Program-made: the position numbers and the translations under genes
Notes under the pieces: generated by a model
The model's input: the letters and a program-made list of their open reading frames with translations, nothing else
What the model was told of the DNA's origin: nothing
Databases searched by the model: none
Source of the DNA: Torpedo marmorata
Taxonomy: Eukaryota
Reading direction: 5' to 3'
Assembly (NCBI GenBank): GCA_977017645.1
Contig: OZ360221.1
Location: 64,294,001-64,358,000, forward strand
DNA length: 64,000 bases
In this document: one piece after another, positions 1 to 11,389 of the stretch
How positions within the stretch are numbered: the first letter of the stretch is position 1
How the letters are laid out: each line of letters opens with the position of its first letter

Positions 1-605
1 CTGAGTGACCTGCTGTGTTTCTCCAGCACTTTTGTGTACTGCAGCTTCCAGAAAAAATCCTACAGGGATAATGTGCGAATTCACATCAAGCATATTGCTG
101 GCAAGCATCGTGTTGTTTCCCCAGCAGTTATATCCAGCTATTCAATGAAAGCATTGGCTTGCAGGATTAATTGGAAGTGAGTGAGAAGAATCCCAGACCT
201 CAGTGACAGATCTACCCCTCAGGTCCCGTTAATATGTCAGGCTGACTGGTCGGTTATAGCAGCACCTGGGGATCTGCAGGCCTACTAAGCTCACATATCA
301 GGTTACCGGCTCTCCTGCAGACCATTGTCTGGTTTTCACTGTCCTGCTGGACACGTCACCTTGGAATCAAGTTAGCCACAAAGAGACCTCAAGCCCCAAG
401 ATGAAAAATTATCCAAGGACATTTGAGCAATCTGTAAGCACAAAAGTACCAGGTTTAATCTTACTCTTTGACTTTTATCCTGTGGCGTCTATTTTAATTC
501 TTCATCTCTGTCACCCCACACTTTCATGCAAATGGCATAGAAGGCTGCGGACGGTGCTGGTAAATGGGATAGAGATGGATGTGTACGAAATGATCAACAT
601 GCACA

Positions 606-903
606 TAGAATATTGAACATCTCAGCACAGTACAGGCCCTTCTACCCACGATGTTGTGCCAACCTATGTATACCTACTCCACAACAATCTAACCTACTCC
701 ACAACTATCTAACACCTATAACTGTCTATTTTTCTTATATCAATGTGCCTAGCTAAAAGACTTTTAAATGTCCCTATTGTACCAGCCTCCATCAACACCC
801 CTGGCAATACATTCCAGGTACCCACCACCCTCTGTGTAAAAAAAAACTTACTTCTGACATCTCCCCTAAACTTTCCTCCACTCACCTTAAACAGATGTAC
901 TCT
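606..903 (-). mobile_element. CR1 LINE 3' fragment
   Basis: ORF 709-951 contains GGKFRGDVRSKFFFTQRVVGTWNVLP (CR1 ORF2 C-terminus) followed by GGGCCTGTACTGTGCTG-type tail. Confidence 0.85.
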
Positions 904-904
904 G

Positions 905-1770
905 GTAAAACACGAAAGTCTGCTGACACCGTGATTGAAATAAAAACACAATGCTGGAGAAACTCAGAAAGTCAAACAGTGTACTTTATATAGCAAAGAT
1001 AAAGATATATAACCAATGTTTTGGGCTTGAGCCCTTCATCAAGGTATGAGCAAAATGTAGGCAGGTGCCTAAACAAAATTGTGGTGGGGGAGGAGCAGGG
1101 GGAGGAGCACAGTCCCACAGGCAGGAGGGAATAAGGGAGGGAGGGGACACCAGCAAACAGGGGGGAGGGGGAATGGCTCTGTGAATGGAGAGGGAGGGGG
1201 ATGGAGAGCTGGAGGAAAGAAGACAGAGGGATAGGGAAGAGAGGGAGAACGGGGAGTAGGGTAGCAGAAACCGGAGAAGTCAATGTTAATGCCATCCGGT
1301 TGGAGAGTGCCAGACGGAATATTAGGTGTTGCTCCTCCAATTTACGGGTGACAGTACATGAGGCCATGGACAGACATGTCAGCGTGGGAGTGGGGCGCAG
1401 AATTGAAATGGTTGGCCACTGGGAGATCCCTGTCATTGATGCAGACAGAGCGAAGGTGCTCAGCAAAGCGATCTGCCAGACTGCGTCCAGTCTCTCCAAT
1501 GTAAAGAAGCCACAACAGGAGCACCGGATGCAGTAGATGACTCCCACAGATTCACAAGTGAAATATTGCTTCACTTGGAAGGACTGTTTAGGACCTCGAA
1601 TGTTGGTGAGGGAGGAGGTGTGGGCGCAAGTGTGGCACTTCCTGCGGCCGCAGGGGAAGGTGCCAAGGGAGCAATTAATGGGAAGGGATGAGTGGAAAAG
1701 GGAGTCACGGAGGGAGCGGTCCCCACGGAAGGTGGAGAGGGGAAGATGTGCCTGGTGGTGGGATCATGTG
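905..1770 (-). mobile_element. Penelope-like retroelement 3' part: GIY-YIG endonuclease (frameshifted) plus pseudo-LTR
   Basis: FTCESVGVIYCIRCSCCG / LYIGETGRSLADRFAEHLRSV...PVANHFNSAPHSH / RKLEEQHLIFRL across two frames; terminal TGATGAAGGGCTCAAGCCC motif. Confidence 0.88.
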
Positions 1771-1874
1771 GCATGTTGTATGAATCTGACGCAAAGAGAA
1801 GAGGATATTCTGTATTCTATAGATCTCTCTTCCACCTTATCTGCTGTTAGAAACCAACTTGTTTTTCTCATCCC

Positions 1875-1995
1875 AGTTCTGGAGAAGGGCATCAGGCCTG
1901 AAACATTAACACTGCTTCTCTTTACCCAGATTCTGCCTGACCTGTTGAATGGCTTCAGTGTTTCCATTTTTATTTCAGGTTCCGAGGCTGCAGTA
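1875..1995 (+). mobile_element. Degenerate Penelope pseudo-LTR fragment
   Basis: CTGGAGAAGGGCATCAGGCCTGAAAC...TGCCTGACCTGTTGA; similar fragments at 1-42, 11020-11110, 37660-37730 (minus) and ~57230-57310. Confidence 0.6.
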
Positions 1996-2239
1996 TCTTT
2001 TTGATATTCTTAAGTCTTTCCCACTTTATGAAGGAAGTAGTTGGCCAGTAGTAGAAAGTTCCCCATCAAATTGAACAATGCCATTGGAATACAGTACATG
2101 CTTGTCAATTGCTGTGCTCAAAATACCCACATGCTATAGAGGTGCACTTACAAACAGAGGCAGCAAATTCCTGAAGGATGTAAAGTACATTTAAAATTCT
2201 ATGCCCAGTATTTCAGATACTGACACTATACTAATACTA

Positions 2240-3058
2240 CTTATTGTCATATAATAAAACAGAAATGTAATATTACACAAAACTGCCTTTAGTCTGCCAT
2301 AGGCAGACAAAGATTCACCATTAGCATTGCCCGATGCCCCTTACTGTCAGAGAAAGAGAAGCAAAAGAGGACTCTATGAGTCACCGAGTGTCTGTGGATT
2401 CGCCTCCAGTGCTCCCGTAGGTTCTGCAGCTGCACAGACTCCAGTTCAGTTCAAACCATCGGACACACGAGCCCAGATCCAAACCTCTGACATGATGATG
2501 AAGCCTTCAATGCGCAAGGCCCTTCACAGTCCTCTTGCCTTCAGCCACCTCTCCAATCCTGATTCCGATACCTGGTCCTCATGAACCAGTCTCCAGCAGC
2601 CCGCAGTCCTTTGACTTCAAGTCGCCAGCAGCCCACAGCCTCTATGGGTTCCTCACCCGCAAGTCGGCAACAGCTCGCTGCCTGTGTGTGTCCTTTGGCC
2701 GCAGAGCCCCTCCCTGGTCCGCTACCATGGCCACCGTCCTTAGGATTGTCTCCTCCGCTTCTTCTCACCTGGGAGTGTTACTGGTGCCCTGCACCAGTCC
2801 GCTGTTTCCCCGGAGTCTGCAACCCATTGTGGCCGCTGTCGAACACAGGAGCTTCCACCTTGGTCTAGATCCCGCAGTCACAGGATTTTAAATAAAACAC
2901 TGTCGGCTGCTTTAACAGGCTGTTTATAGCCTGTACAGAGCCTTCGGCAGTAGGACTGGACAGTAGGACCCTGCGGGGGAACACTGTTTCTCCGCTCTCC
3001 GCTCTTCCCAGGTCTGAGCATTGCCGTTACAGAAGCTATGGCAGCGCCACCATTTTTA
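2240..3058 (-). mobile_element. ~0.82 kb non-coding GC-rich retroposon, copy 1
   Basis: Colinear with 7467-8320 (shared gtcagagaaagagaagcaaaagag, gagtcaccgagtgtc, ttccgatacctggt, ggcagcgcc.ccatt). Confidence 0.8.
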
Positions 3059-3086
3059 TTCCAGTTCCCCAAGCTGAGTATTAGAA

Positions 3087-3348
3087 ATTTTTTTATTTTT
3101 TAAATTTAGACATACAGCACGGTAACAGGCCATTTCGGCCCACGAGTCCGTGCCGCCCAATTTACACCCAATTAACCTACACCCCCAGTACGTTTCGAAC
3201 GTTGGGAGGAAACCGGAGCTCCCGGGGAAAACCCACGCAGACACGAGGAGAATGTACAAACTCCTTACAGACAGCACGGGATTCGGACCCCGGTCCCGAT
3301 CGCTGGCGCTGTAAAGGCGTTGCGCTAACCGCTACGCCAACCATGCCG
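3087..3348 (-). mobile_element. tRNA-derived V-SINE with CR1-like tail
   Basis: Minus strand has A-box TGGCGTAGCGG, B-box-like GGTCCGAATCC, V-domain GTGGGTTTTCCCCGGGAGCTCCGGTTTCCTCCC, tail GGCCTGTTACCGTGCTGTATGTCTAAA + A-rich end. Confidence 0.88.
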
Positions 3349-3689
3349 AAGTAATGAAACTATTTGTAAAGTCATCCAAAGACAAACCAGCAGTCCTGAG
3401 ATTTCCCAGAATTGATCACTATATAAGTTCTGGACAATGTGTACAGGTCCCACAAACCGAGCCTTCAACCTCTTTAAGAATATGTTTGCTCAATCACATC
3501 ACAACTGCTGCATCAAAAGTGTGGTCATTAATCACCACAAGAACTACAGTTGTTGCAGGCCCATTTGTTTATTGTGGTGATGAATTGATGGGCACCAATC
3601 TGAACATTTTATAGCATTTGAAAAAACAGTTTTAATATCAGACATCTGACCATCTTTTGGCTTCTTTGATAGAATGATCACAGAGATAG

Positions 3690-4510
3690 ATCTGGCAGAA
3701 TCACAAACGGCAATGAGGAAGCGTACAGGAGGGAGATAGATCAGCTCCTTGAATGGTGTAACGACAACAACCTTGAGCTCAACGTCAGCAAAACCAAGGA
3801 GATGATTGTGGACTTCAGGAGGAAGTCATGGGAACACGACCCAGTCCTCATCGAAGGCTCAGTCGTGGAGAGGGTCAAGAACTTCAAATTCCTGGGTGTC
3901 AACATCTCCGAGGATCTGTCCTGGAGCCTCCACGTTGATGCAATCACAAAGAAGGCTCGCCAGCGGCTATACTTTGTGAGGTGTCTGCGGAGATTCGGTA
4001 TGTCACCGAAGACTCTCGTAAACTTCTACGGGTGTACCGTGGAGAGCATTCTGGCTGGTTGCATCACTGCCAGGTATGGAGGCGCCAACTCTCAGGACAA
4101 GAGTAAACTCCAGAGGGTTGTTAACTCGGCCTGTGACATCACAGGCACCAAACCTCACTTCATCGAGGTCATCTACATGAGGCGGTGTCTTAAAAAAGCA
4201 GCCTCTATCCTCAAAGACCCCCACCACCCAGGCCATGCCCTCTTCACTCTGCTTCCATCGGGAAAAAGGTACAGGAGCCTAAAGACGAGCACTCAACGGC
4301 CCAAGGACAGCTTCTTCCCTGCTGCCATCAGATTCCTGAATAACCAATGAACCAAAGACACTGCCTTACTTTTTGTGCACTATTATTTATAATTTTTTAT
4401 AGTAATGTCGTAAAATGGTTATAATATGAATGTTAACTGCACTATGATGCTGCCGCAAAACACCGAATTTCATGACTTGTTCATGACAATAAATTCTGAT
4501 TCTGATTCTG
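3690..4510 (+). mobile_element. Rex1/Babar non-LTR retrotransposon, 5'-truncated
   Basis: WCNDNNLELNVSKTKEMIVDFRR...VERVKNFKFLGVNISEDLSWS...KKARQRLYF...DPHHPGHALFTLLPSGKRYRS; ends CAATAA + (ATTCTG)n. Confidence 0.9.
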
Positions 4511-4840
4511 GAATGCTTGTTTTAGTGCCTTGGGCAAATGCATTAAGCACTTACTTTCATAGTTAATTGCCTTAAAGGTACTGAGCATGCAAATTTAATC
4601 CTCTATCCAACCCTTGCTCCAGGCATTGAACAAAAGCCTTAATCCACAGTAATTCCATTCTTCAATTTATAAAAGAGATGCATTCATAGAACATAGCACA
4701 TAGCACATAGAACATAGGTCATGGGCCCACATGTCTATGCCGAACATGATGTCCAAATCAAACTAAAACTCTGCTGCTTGCACCTGATAGATATCCCTCC
4801 ACCCCTCCATATTCAAGCGTCTATTTAAGAGCATCTAAAC

Positions 4841-5088
4841 CAGGGGTGGCCAAACTACGGCTGGAGCTGCTGTAATGGCAGCGCTGCCACTGGTGCGGAC
4901 CCGCGGGGAGTGAAGTCTCAGCGCTCCCCCACAGGGTCCAACCGCCCAGTCCAACTGCCGTCGGCTCTGCACAGGCTTTAAACAGTGTCGACCGTGGTTG
5001 AAAACTGCCAGGCTTAATATTGTTTGGCCCGTGACTCCTTATATTTTTATGTATGTGGCCCACAACCAAAAACGTTTGGCCACCCCTG
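4841..5088. mobile_element. hAT (Charlie-like) MITE, 248 bp
   Basis: Perfect 15-bp TIRs CAGGGGTGGCCAAAC; 8-bp TSD ATCTAAAC / ATCTATAC. Confidence 0.92.
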
Positions 5089-5213
5089 ATCTATACGCTA
5101 CTATTATATCTGTTTCCACCACTACTGACAGCTCATTCCAAGCACCTACCACTCTCTGTGTAGAAAATTACATATCCCTTAAAGTTCCTCCCCCTCAACT
5201 TAAATGTATGTGA

Positions 5214-5652
5214 TCTGGGGTCCATTCATGGAATATTATCACGATTGGAAGATTTAGGATACCTAGAAGTTTGGATGCTCCGGGGATTCTCTGTCTAGTG
5301 TCTGGAGGTCGCTATTTGATCCATATTTGTACCTTTTTTTCAATGGCAACCTTGATTAGAGGAAGGGGTTAGATTAGAATTAGGTTAGTTTTGGGTTTTT
5401 TTTGTTGGACTTTTTTTTTTCTTTTTACTTTCTTTTTATCCTTTTTTTTGAGTAATTAGGAAATGGGTTTAATTATGTCTGTTACTGTTTATTTTAAATC
5501 AAACAGAATTTAACCGGTTTATATGGAAAATAGTTCTATGTAGTTCTAATATGTTATTTTACATGTATATGAAAATATTTGTTATCTGTTTATTACAGAT
5601 AATGTATGTATGATATATGTTAAACTCAATAAAAACTTTTTTAAAAGAAAAA
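5214..5652 (+). mobile_element. L1-like 3' end (5'-truncated) with TSD
   Basis: Begins near IWGPFMEYYH* (ORF2 end), T-rich 3' UTR, AATAAA, A-tail; 12-bp TSD AAATGTATGTGA at 5202-5213 and 5653-5664. Confidence 0.82.
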
Positions 5653-6389
5653 AAATGTATGTGACACGTTTCCCCTGGGGGAAAGATTCTGACTGTCCAC
5701 CCTATCGATGCCTCTCAAGAGTTTATAAACCTTAATCAGGTCACCTCCCTATGCTCTGGAGAAAACAACCCAAGTTTGTCCAACCATTCCCCATAACTCA
5801 TGCCCTCTAAGCCAGGCATTATCCTGGTAAACCACTTCTGTACCCTTACCATAGCCTCCACATCCTTCCTGTCATAGGGCACCCGGAAATGCAGACAGTT
5901 GTCCAAAGTTTTATACTGCTACAGCATGGAATGCCCCTGACTACTTATTACCAACACTGTGATTGACACTGAGGAGAACACTCCATTTTCTGGAGCTAAA
6001 TGATAGCCAGTCAAAGTCTGAGTCTGGAGGAGATTTATGAACTAGTTGAGGCTTGATTAAGTGAAACTGACATTCCTGTTTTCTACTTCGGCCATGTTTC
6101 GCTCTCTCTCTGAGGTTGCCAACTGAATGCTGCTGCAGTGGTCAACATGGGTCAAAGATCATTCCCAGTGATGGCACATTGCACTTCCTCACTGACTGAC
6201 AAAAAGTCAATACGTAGATTGGATTTCCATGAAGATGAATGGAGCTAAGGACCCTGAAACTATCTTAAAATTCTATTGCTATTGAATCTCCCACATTTAG
6301 TTTCCAGCTTTTCTTGCTCTCCTTAATTGAATAACCAAAGGAACTGCTCACACTATCCATCTGAGACTCTCATATTCACGAAACAATAT

Positions 6390-6658
6390 TTATTTATAAA
6401 TTTAAATTATAAATTTAGACATACAGCACGGTAACAGCCATTTCGGCCCACTAGCCCATGCCGCCCAATTACACCCAATTAACCTACAACCCCCGGTACG
6501 TTTCAAACGGTGGAAGGAAACCGGAGCCTCCAGGGAAATCCCATGCAGACATGGGAAGAACGTACAAACTCCTTACAGACAGCGCGGGATTCGAACCCCA
6601 ATCCCGATCGCTGGCACTGTAACGGCGTTGCGCTAACCACTACGCCAACCGTGCCGCC
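6390..6658 (-). mobile_element. V-SINE, same family as 3087-3348
   Basis: Close similarity to the first copy; B-box GGTTCGAATCC on the minus strand. Confidence 0.88.
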
Positions 6659-6679
6659 AACCGTGCAGTCGATGGTCAG

Positions 6680-6845
6680 ATGTTTGATATTTGTATATAT
6701 GAATACTTGTCCTGCATATATATTGTTTGTCTGTGTGTGTGTATGTCTGGTTGTGTGTCTGCATGTTTTGCACCGAGGACCGGAGAATGCTGTTTCGTTG
6801 GGATGTACTTGTGCAATCAGTTGATAACAAACTTGACTTGACTAA
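6680..6845 (+). mobile_element. Rex1/Babar 3' UTR fragment
   Basis: Matches the tail at 18280-18430 (ccggaga...ctgtttcgt.ggg...aatcag.tga.aa.aaacttga); ends in (ACTTG)n. Confidence 0.6.
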
Positions 6846-6849
6846 AATC

Positions 6850-7205
6850 ATAGAGTCTTACAGCACAGAAACTGGCCCTTTGACCGACCAAGAACATGTT
6901 AACTATCTAGGACCCATTTATGCTTATCCTACGCTGATTATGTTTGATTCTCCCCACTTTCCCATCAACTCCCCCAGATTCCAACACTCACCTATGCACC
7001 AGAAGTAAGTTACAGGGCAAATAAACCTAGCAACCTGCATGACTTTTGGGATGTGGAAATTATATGAAGCATCTGGAGGAAAACCCATATGGTCACAGAA
7101 AGAACATACAAACTCTGCACAGACGGCGCAGAAGGTCGGGATCAAAATTAAGTCGCTGGAGCTGTAAGGCAGCAGCTGTACTACCTGCGCCACTGTACCA
7201 CACCA
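6850..7205 (-). mobile_element. Older degenerate V-SINE
   Basis: Minus strand GGTACAGTGGCGCAGGTAGTACAGCTGCTGCCTTACAGCTCCAGCGAC head and TGGGTTTTCCTCCAGATGCT V-domain remnant. Confidence 0.7.
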
Positions 7206-7466
7206 GTCTCTTTGCAATCACCTAAAAACTTCTTTCTGGCAATACTGTATCTAGATTGTCTCACACTCTGTCCATTGCTCAACACTTATAGTCTTCCTCT
7301 GCAGGTAGGTTCGTTTCAATCGTGTTAATGTAAAGAGAGGCAGAAATCAAGTAATTACAAGCTAAATTTGCTCATCTCCCACAAATTGCTGCTTAAGGAA
7401 GAGTTAACAAGCCAATGAAATGTTAGCACCTTCTCTGTGTGCTCACATAAATTATGTTATTTACTC

Positions 7467-8320
7467 AAGATTCAAGATTCAAGATTCAATTTATTATCAT
7501 AGTAATAAGACAGTGTCATATTCCATGAAATTTCTTTTTGCCTGCTGCAAGGCAGACAGATTGGCCACCGGCAGAAATTGCCTAAGCGCCTCTTACATTC
7601 CTTACAGTCAGAGAAAGAGAAGCAAAAGAGAGTCTCCCCAGAGTCACCGAGTGTCCATAGATTCGCCTTCAGCGCTTCCGCAGCCACACAGAGTCCAGTC
7701 CAAACCATCGGCATCCCGAGCTCCAGATCCAAACCTCAGACACGGTCAGGGCGCCCTCGGCACCCCCTCGCATCCCGGTTCCGATACCTGGTACTCCTCC
7801 AGCCAGTTCGAGCCAGCCTCCAGCAGTCCGCAGCCCGGCGTGAGTCCCCCGACAGCAGTCTTCAGCAGCCCACAACCTCCGCGGTTTCCTCACCTCGAGT
7901 CGCCAGCATCCCGCCGCATGCACTGGTCCTTCAGCCTCAGAGCCCCCCACCGGTCCGCCGCCGTGGTCACCGTCCCGTGGGTCGTCTCTTCCGCTTCTCC
8001 TTCTCAGGCGGGGGGAGGGGTGATCTTCCCATCCTCTGGTGCCCTGCTCCAGTCCTCCGCTTCCACGGAGTCTGCAGCCCCTCGTGGCTGCTGCTGGTTA
8101 AAAGGCGCTGCCATCTTGGGCGCAGACCCCGTGGTCGCGTGATCTTAAATAAAACCACCGTCGGCTCCCTCAACGGGCCGTTCAAAGACCGCGCGGAACC
8201 GACGGCAGTCGACTGGGCGGCTGGACCCCGCGGGAGCGCTGTATCTCCGCTCACTCGCTCCCCGCGGGTCCGCACCAGCGGCAGCGCTGCCGCTACAGCC
8301 GCTCCGGCAGCGCCGCCATT
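7467..8320 (-). mobile_element. ~0.85 kb non-coding GC/CpG-rich retroposon, copy 2 (less decayed)
   Basis: Minus strand starts AATGGCGGCGCTGCC, ends AATAAA + (TTGAATC)n; homologous to 2240-3058. Confidence 0.82.
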
Positions 8321-8757
8321 ACGCCAATTACCCCCATTCCACCCGATCGAAAGCCTTCTCTGCATCTCAAACCGCCGTGGGAGCAATTTGAAAAATGTGC
8401 CTAAGAATAACATCTGTTCTGTCAATGCAAAAGCAGAAAATTAACACACAATTAGTTGAAGAGTTGCAGTGTTTCTAATGCACAAAGGAAATAAGAATAT
8501 TGAGTGGAAGTTCATTTGATTATGTTGAAGAGTATTTCAGTATTCATTGTTTATAGTTTTCTGAGATTAATATTACATATTACCCTAACCCTTAACAGGG
8601 AACATTATTGCACAGTACAGGCCTTTCACCCCACAATGCAGTACCGACCTATGGAAATCTACTCCACAACAATCTAACCCTTCCCTTCCTCACACCCATA
8701 ACCTCTATTTTTCTTACATCCATGTGCCTGTCTAAGAGTCTTTTAAATGTCCCTATT

Positions 8758-10885
8758 AGATTTCAGATTTATTGTCAGAGTACATACATGACATCAAATA
8801 CATCCCTGAGATTCTTTTTCCTGCGGGCGCAGCAGAATTACCACTAATTGGTAGTGCAAAAAAAAACTGTACATAGCGTAAAACACGTAAACAAACAAAG
8901 AATTGTAAACAGATAACGAATGTAAACAAACTGACTGTGCAATACAGAGAGAACAAAAAGAAAATCAATAAAGTGCACAAGTAAGAGTCCTTAAATGAGT
9001 CTCTGATTGAGTTTGTCATTGAGGAGTCTGATGGTGGAGGCAGGGTCGGCGCCAGAACGAGTGTTAGAGGGGAGGCATTAGGGTAACCGGGGGTGCACAG
9101 TCTGACAGTCGTAAACTCGCTCAACGGGGGGGGGGGGAGGTGCTGGTAGCTGCCTACCAGACGGAAATCTCCATTCCCTCTGACCGTAGCAGTGGAAATC
9201 GCTGCTTTTATTGCGTCGAGAGTCACGCTTGACGCACACTAGTGATGCGGTCGGGTGGAGAGTCACTAGCATGCGTCAAGCTAAGACACTAGTGATGCTT
9301 GACGCACGCTAGTGACGCAGGCGGGGGCAGGTCTGACGGAAAGCGATGGGGGCACCGCACCTCGCTTGGGGGGCAATGCCCGCGAATGCCCCCCCCTTTG
9401 GCGCTGACGCTGGGTGGAGGGGTAACAGCTGTTCCTGAACCTGGTGATGCGAGTCTTGTGGCACCTATACCTCTTTCCTGATGGCAGCAGCGAGAACAGA
9501 GCATGTGCCGTGTGGTGTGGATCCTTGATGATTGCTGCTGCTCTCTGACGGCAGCGTTCCCTGTAGATGTACTCAATAGTGGGGAGGGTTTTGCCTGTGA
9601 TGCCCTGGGCTGTGTCCTCTACCTTTTGGAGGGCTCTACGCTCAGGGGTATTGGTGTTCCCATACCAGACCGTGATGCAGCCAGTCAGTACACTTTCTAC
9701 CACACATCTGTAGAAATTTGCCAGGGTTTCTGGTGTCATACCAAACCTCCGCAAACTCCTGAGGAAGTAGAGGTGCTGACGTGCTTTCTTCACGATGCCA
9801 TTAGTGTGTTGGGTCCCGGAAAGATCCTCCAAGATAGTGACTTCCAAGAACTTAAATTTGCTCACTCTCTCCACCTCTGATCCCCCAATGATCACTGATT
9901 GTAAACCTCTGGCTTTCCTTTCCTGAAGTCAACAATCAGCTCCTTAGTTTTGGTGACATTGAGTGCAAGGTTGTTTTTGGTGCACCATTCAGCCAAGTTT
10001 TCAATCTCCCTCCTGTATGCTGACTCATCCCCTTCCTTTATACAACCCAATACTGTGGTATCGTTGGCAAATTCGTAGACGGTGTTATTGTCGTACCGAG
10101 CCACAGTCGTAGGTGTAAAGTGAGTAGAGCAGGGGGCTAAGAACACAGCCCTGTGGTGCTCCGGTACTGATGGAGATTGTGGAGGAGAAGTTCTTACCAA
10201 TCTTCACTGATTGTGGTCTAGAGGTGAGGAAATCCATGATCTAATTACACAGTGGGGTGTTGACTCCCAGGTCTTGGAGTTTTCTGATCAGTTTTGAGGG
10301 GATGATGGTGTTAAATGCCGAACTGTAGTCGATAAAGAGCATCCTGATGTATGCATCTTTGCTGACCAGGTGTTCCATGGCTTTGTGTAGAGCCAGTGAG
10401 ATGGTATCCGCCGTAGACCTGTTGCCATGATAGGAAAACTGGAATGGATTCATGTCACTGCTCAGACAGGAGGTGATATGCTTCATCACCAGCCTTTCGA
10501 AACACTTCACTGTTGATGTAAGTGCTCTGGTCGATAGTCATTAAGGCAGGTTACTACAGGTGGGTACCACGCCCTGCTGGAGTGAGATATTGAAGATATC
10601 TGTGAATACCTTGGTAAGTTGATCAGCACAGATCTTTAATACTCGGCCAGGTACTCCATCCGAGCCAGATGCTTTCCTCGGATTCACTCTCCTGAAGGCA
10701 GCACGCACTTCATCCTCAGATACGGACAGGGTGGGATCATCAGGGGACGTGGGGGTGCAGAGGGGTGGTTCCTCGCTGTTACTGTCGTCAAATCGGGCGT
10801 AGAAGGCATTGAGTTCCTCTGGGAGAGAAGCTTTGCCATCGGCTACTTTACTGGATTTGGTTTTGTAACAGGTTATGGCATTTAG
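8758..10885 (-). mobile_element. Rex1/Babar element (decayed RT), inserted in a CR1 tail fragment and carrying a hAT MITE
   Basis: [73 protein letters not shown] motifs; tail GACAATAAATCTGAAATCT; CR1-like sequence on both sides (8600-8757 and ~10890-10945). Confidence 0.9.
9041..9412. mobile_element. hAT non-autonomous element (Tip100/Ac-like ends), 372 bp
   Basis: Perfect 8-bp TSD GGTGGAGG (9033-9040, 9413-9420); 14-bp TIR CAGGGTCGGCGCCA / CAGCGTCAGCGCCA; the empty site is visible in the sister Rex1 copy at 27471-27490. Confidence 0.9.
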
Positions 10886-11389
10886 CATAAATATTGCACC
10901 ACCAACCCAGGCAATGCATTCCAGGCACCCACATTGCTCACTTCTGGGGTGGACTGAGGGTTTAACATCCACTGAAGAATTGATTCTAAGCTTCTGTTTC
11001 AATACGATATTGAAATAATGTTGACCTGAAACGTCAACTTTATTTTTTCCCATAGCCTGACCTGCTGAGTGTTTTTTCTCTATTTAGATTTCCTACATCT
11101 GCATTTTTTTTAATTTTCACCATCAACCTTAGATCTCATATCAAAATTTGAGGAGATAATAGTTGCCATGCACAACATGTTTTATGAAACCAATATCACC
11201 AAAGTGGATGAGCTAGTCATTTACCCTGTTGTAGCTGAGTCAATGTCCGCCGTGGCTTCCTACAGTACTGGAGTAATAGAGCTTCAAACTGGATCATTGA
11301 CAGCTTCACAAAAGCCGCTCTGTAAATTCTATTCAGAATGAATGATAAATCATCAGATTACGTTATTGATGAAAAGTATATCAAAGGGA

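Larger units (their letters stand above)
4690..5945 (-). mobile_element. CR1 3' fragment interrupted by a hAT MITE and an L1 tail
   Basis: CR1-type segments (cattccaagcacctaccactctctgtgt; ataaaccttaatcaggtcacct; gaaaacaacccaagtttgtccaa) flank the two insertions. Confidence 0.7.

Noticed and set aside
7420-8444. Overlapping long ORFs (240, 288, 152 aa)
   Set aside because: Lie within a GC-rich repeat; frames are not conserved in the second copy (2240-3058) and show no recognisable domain.
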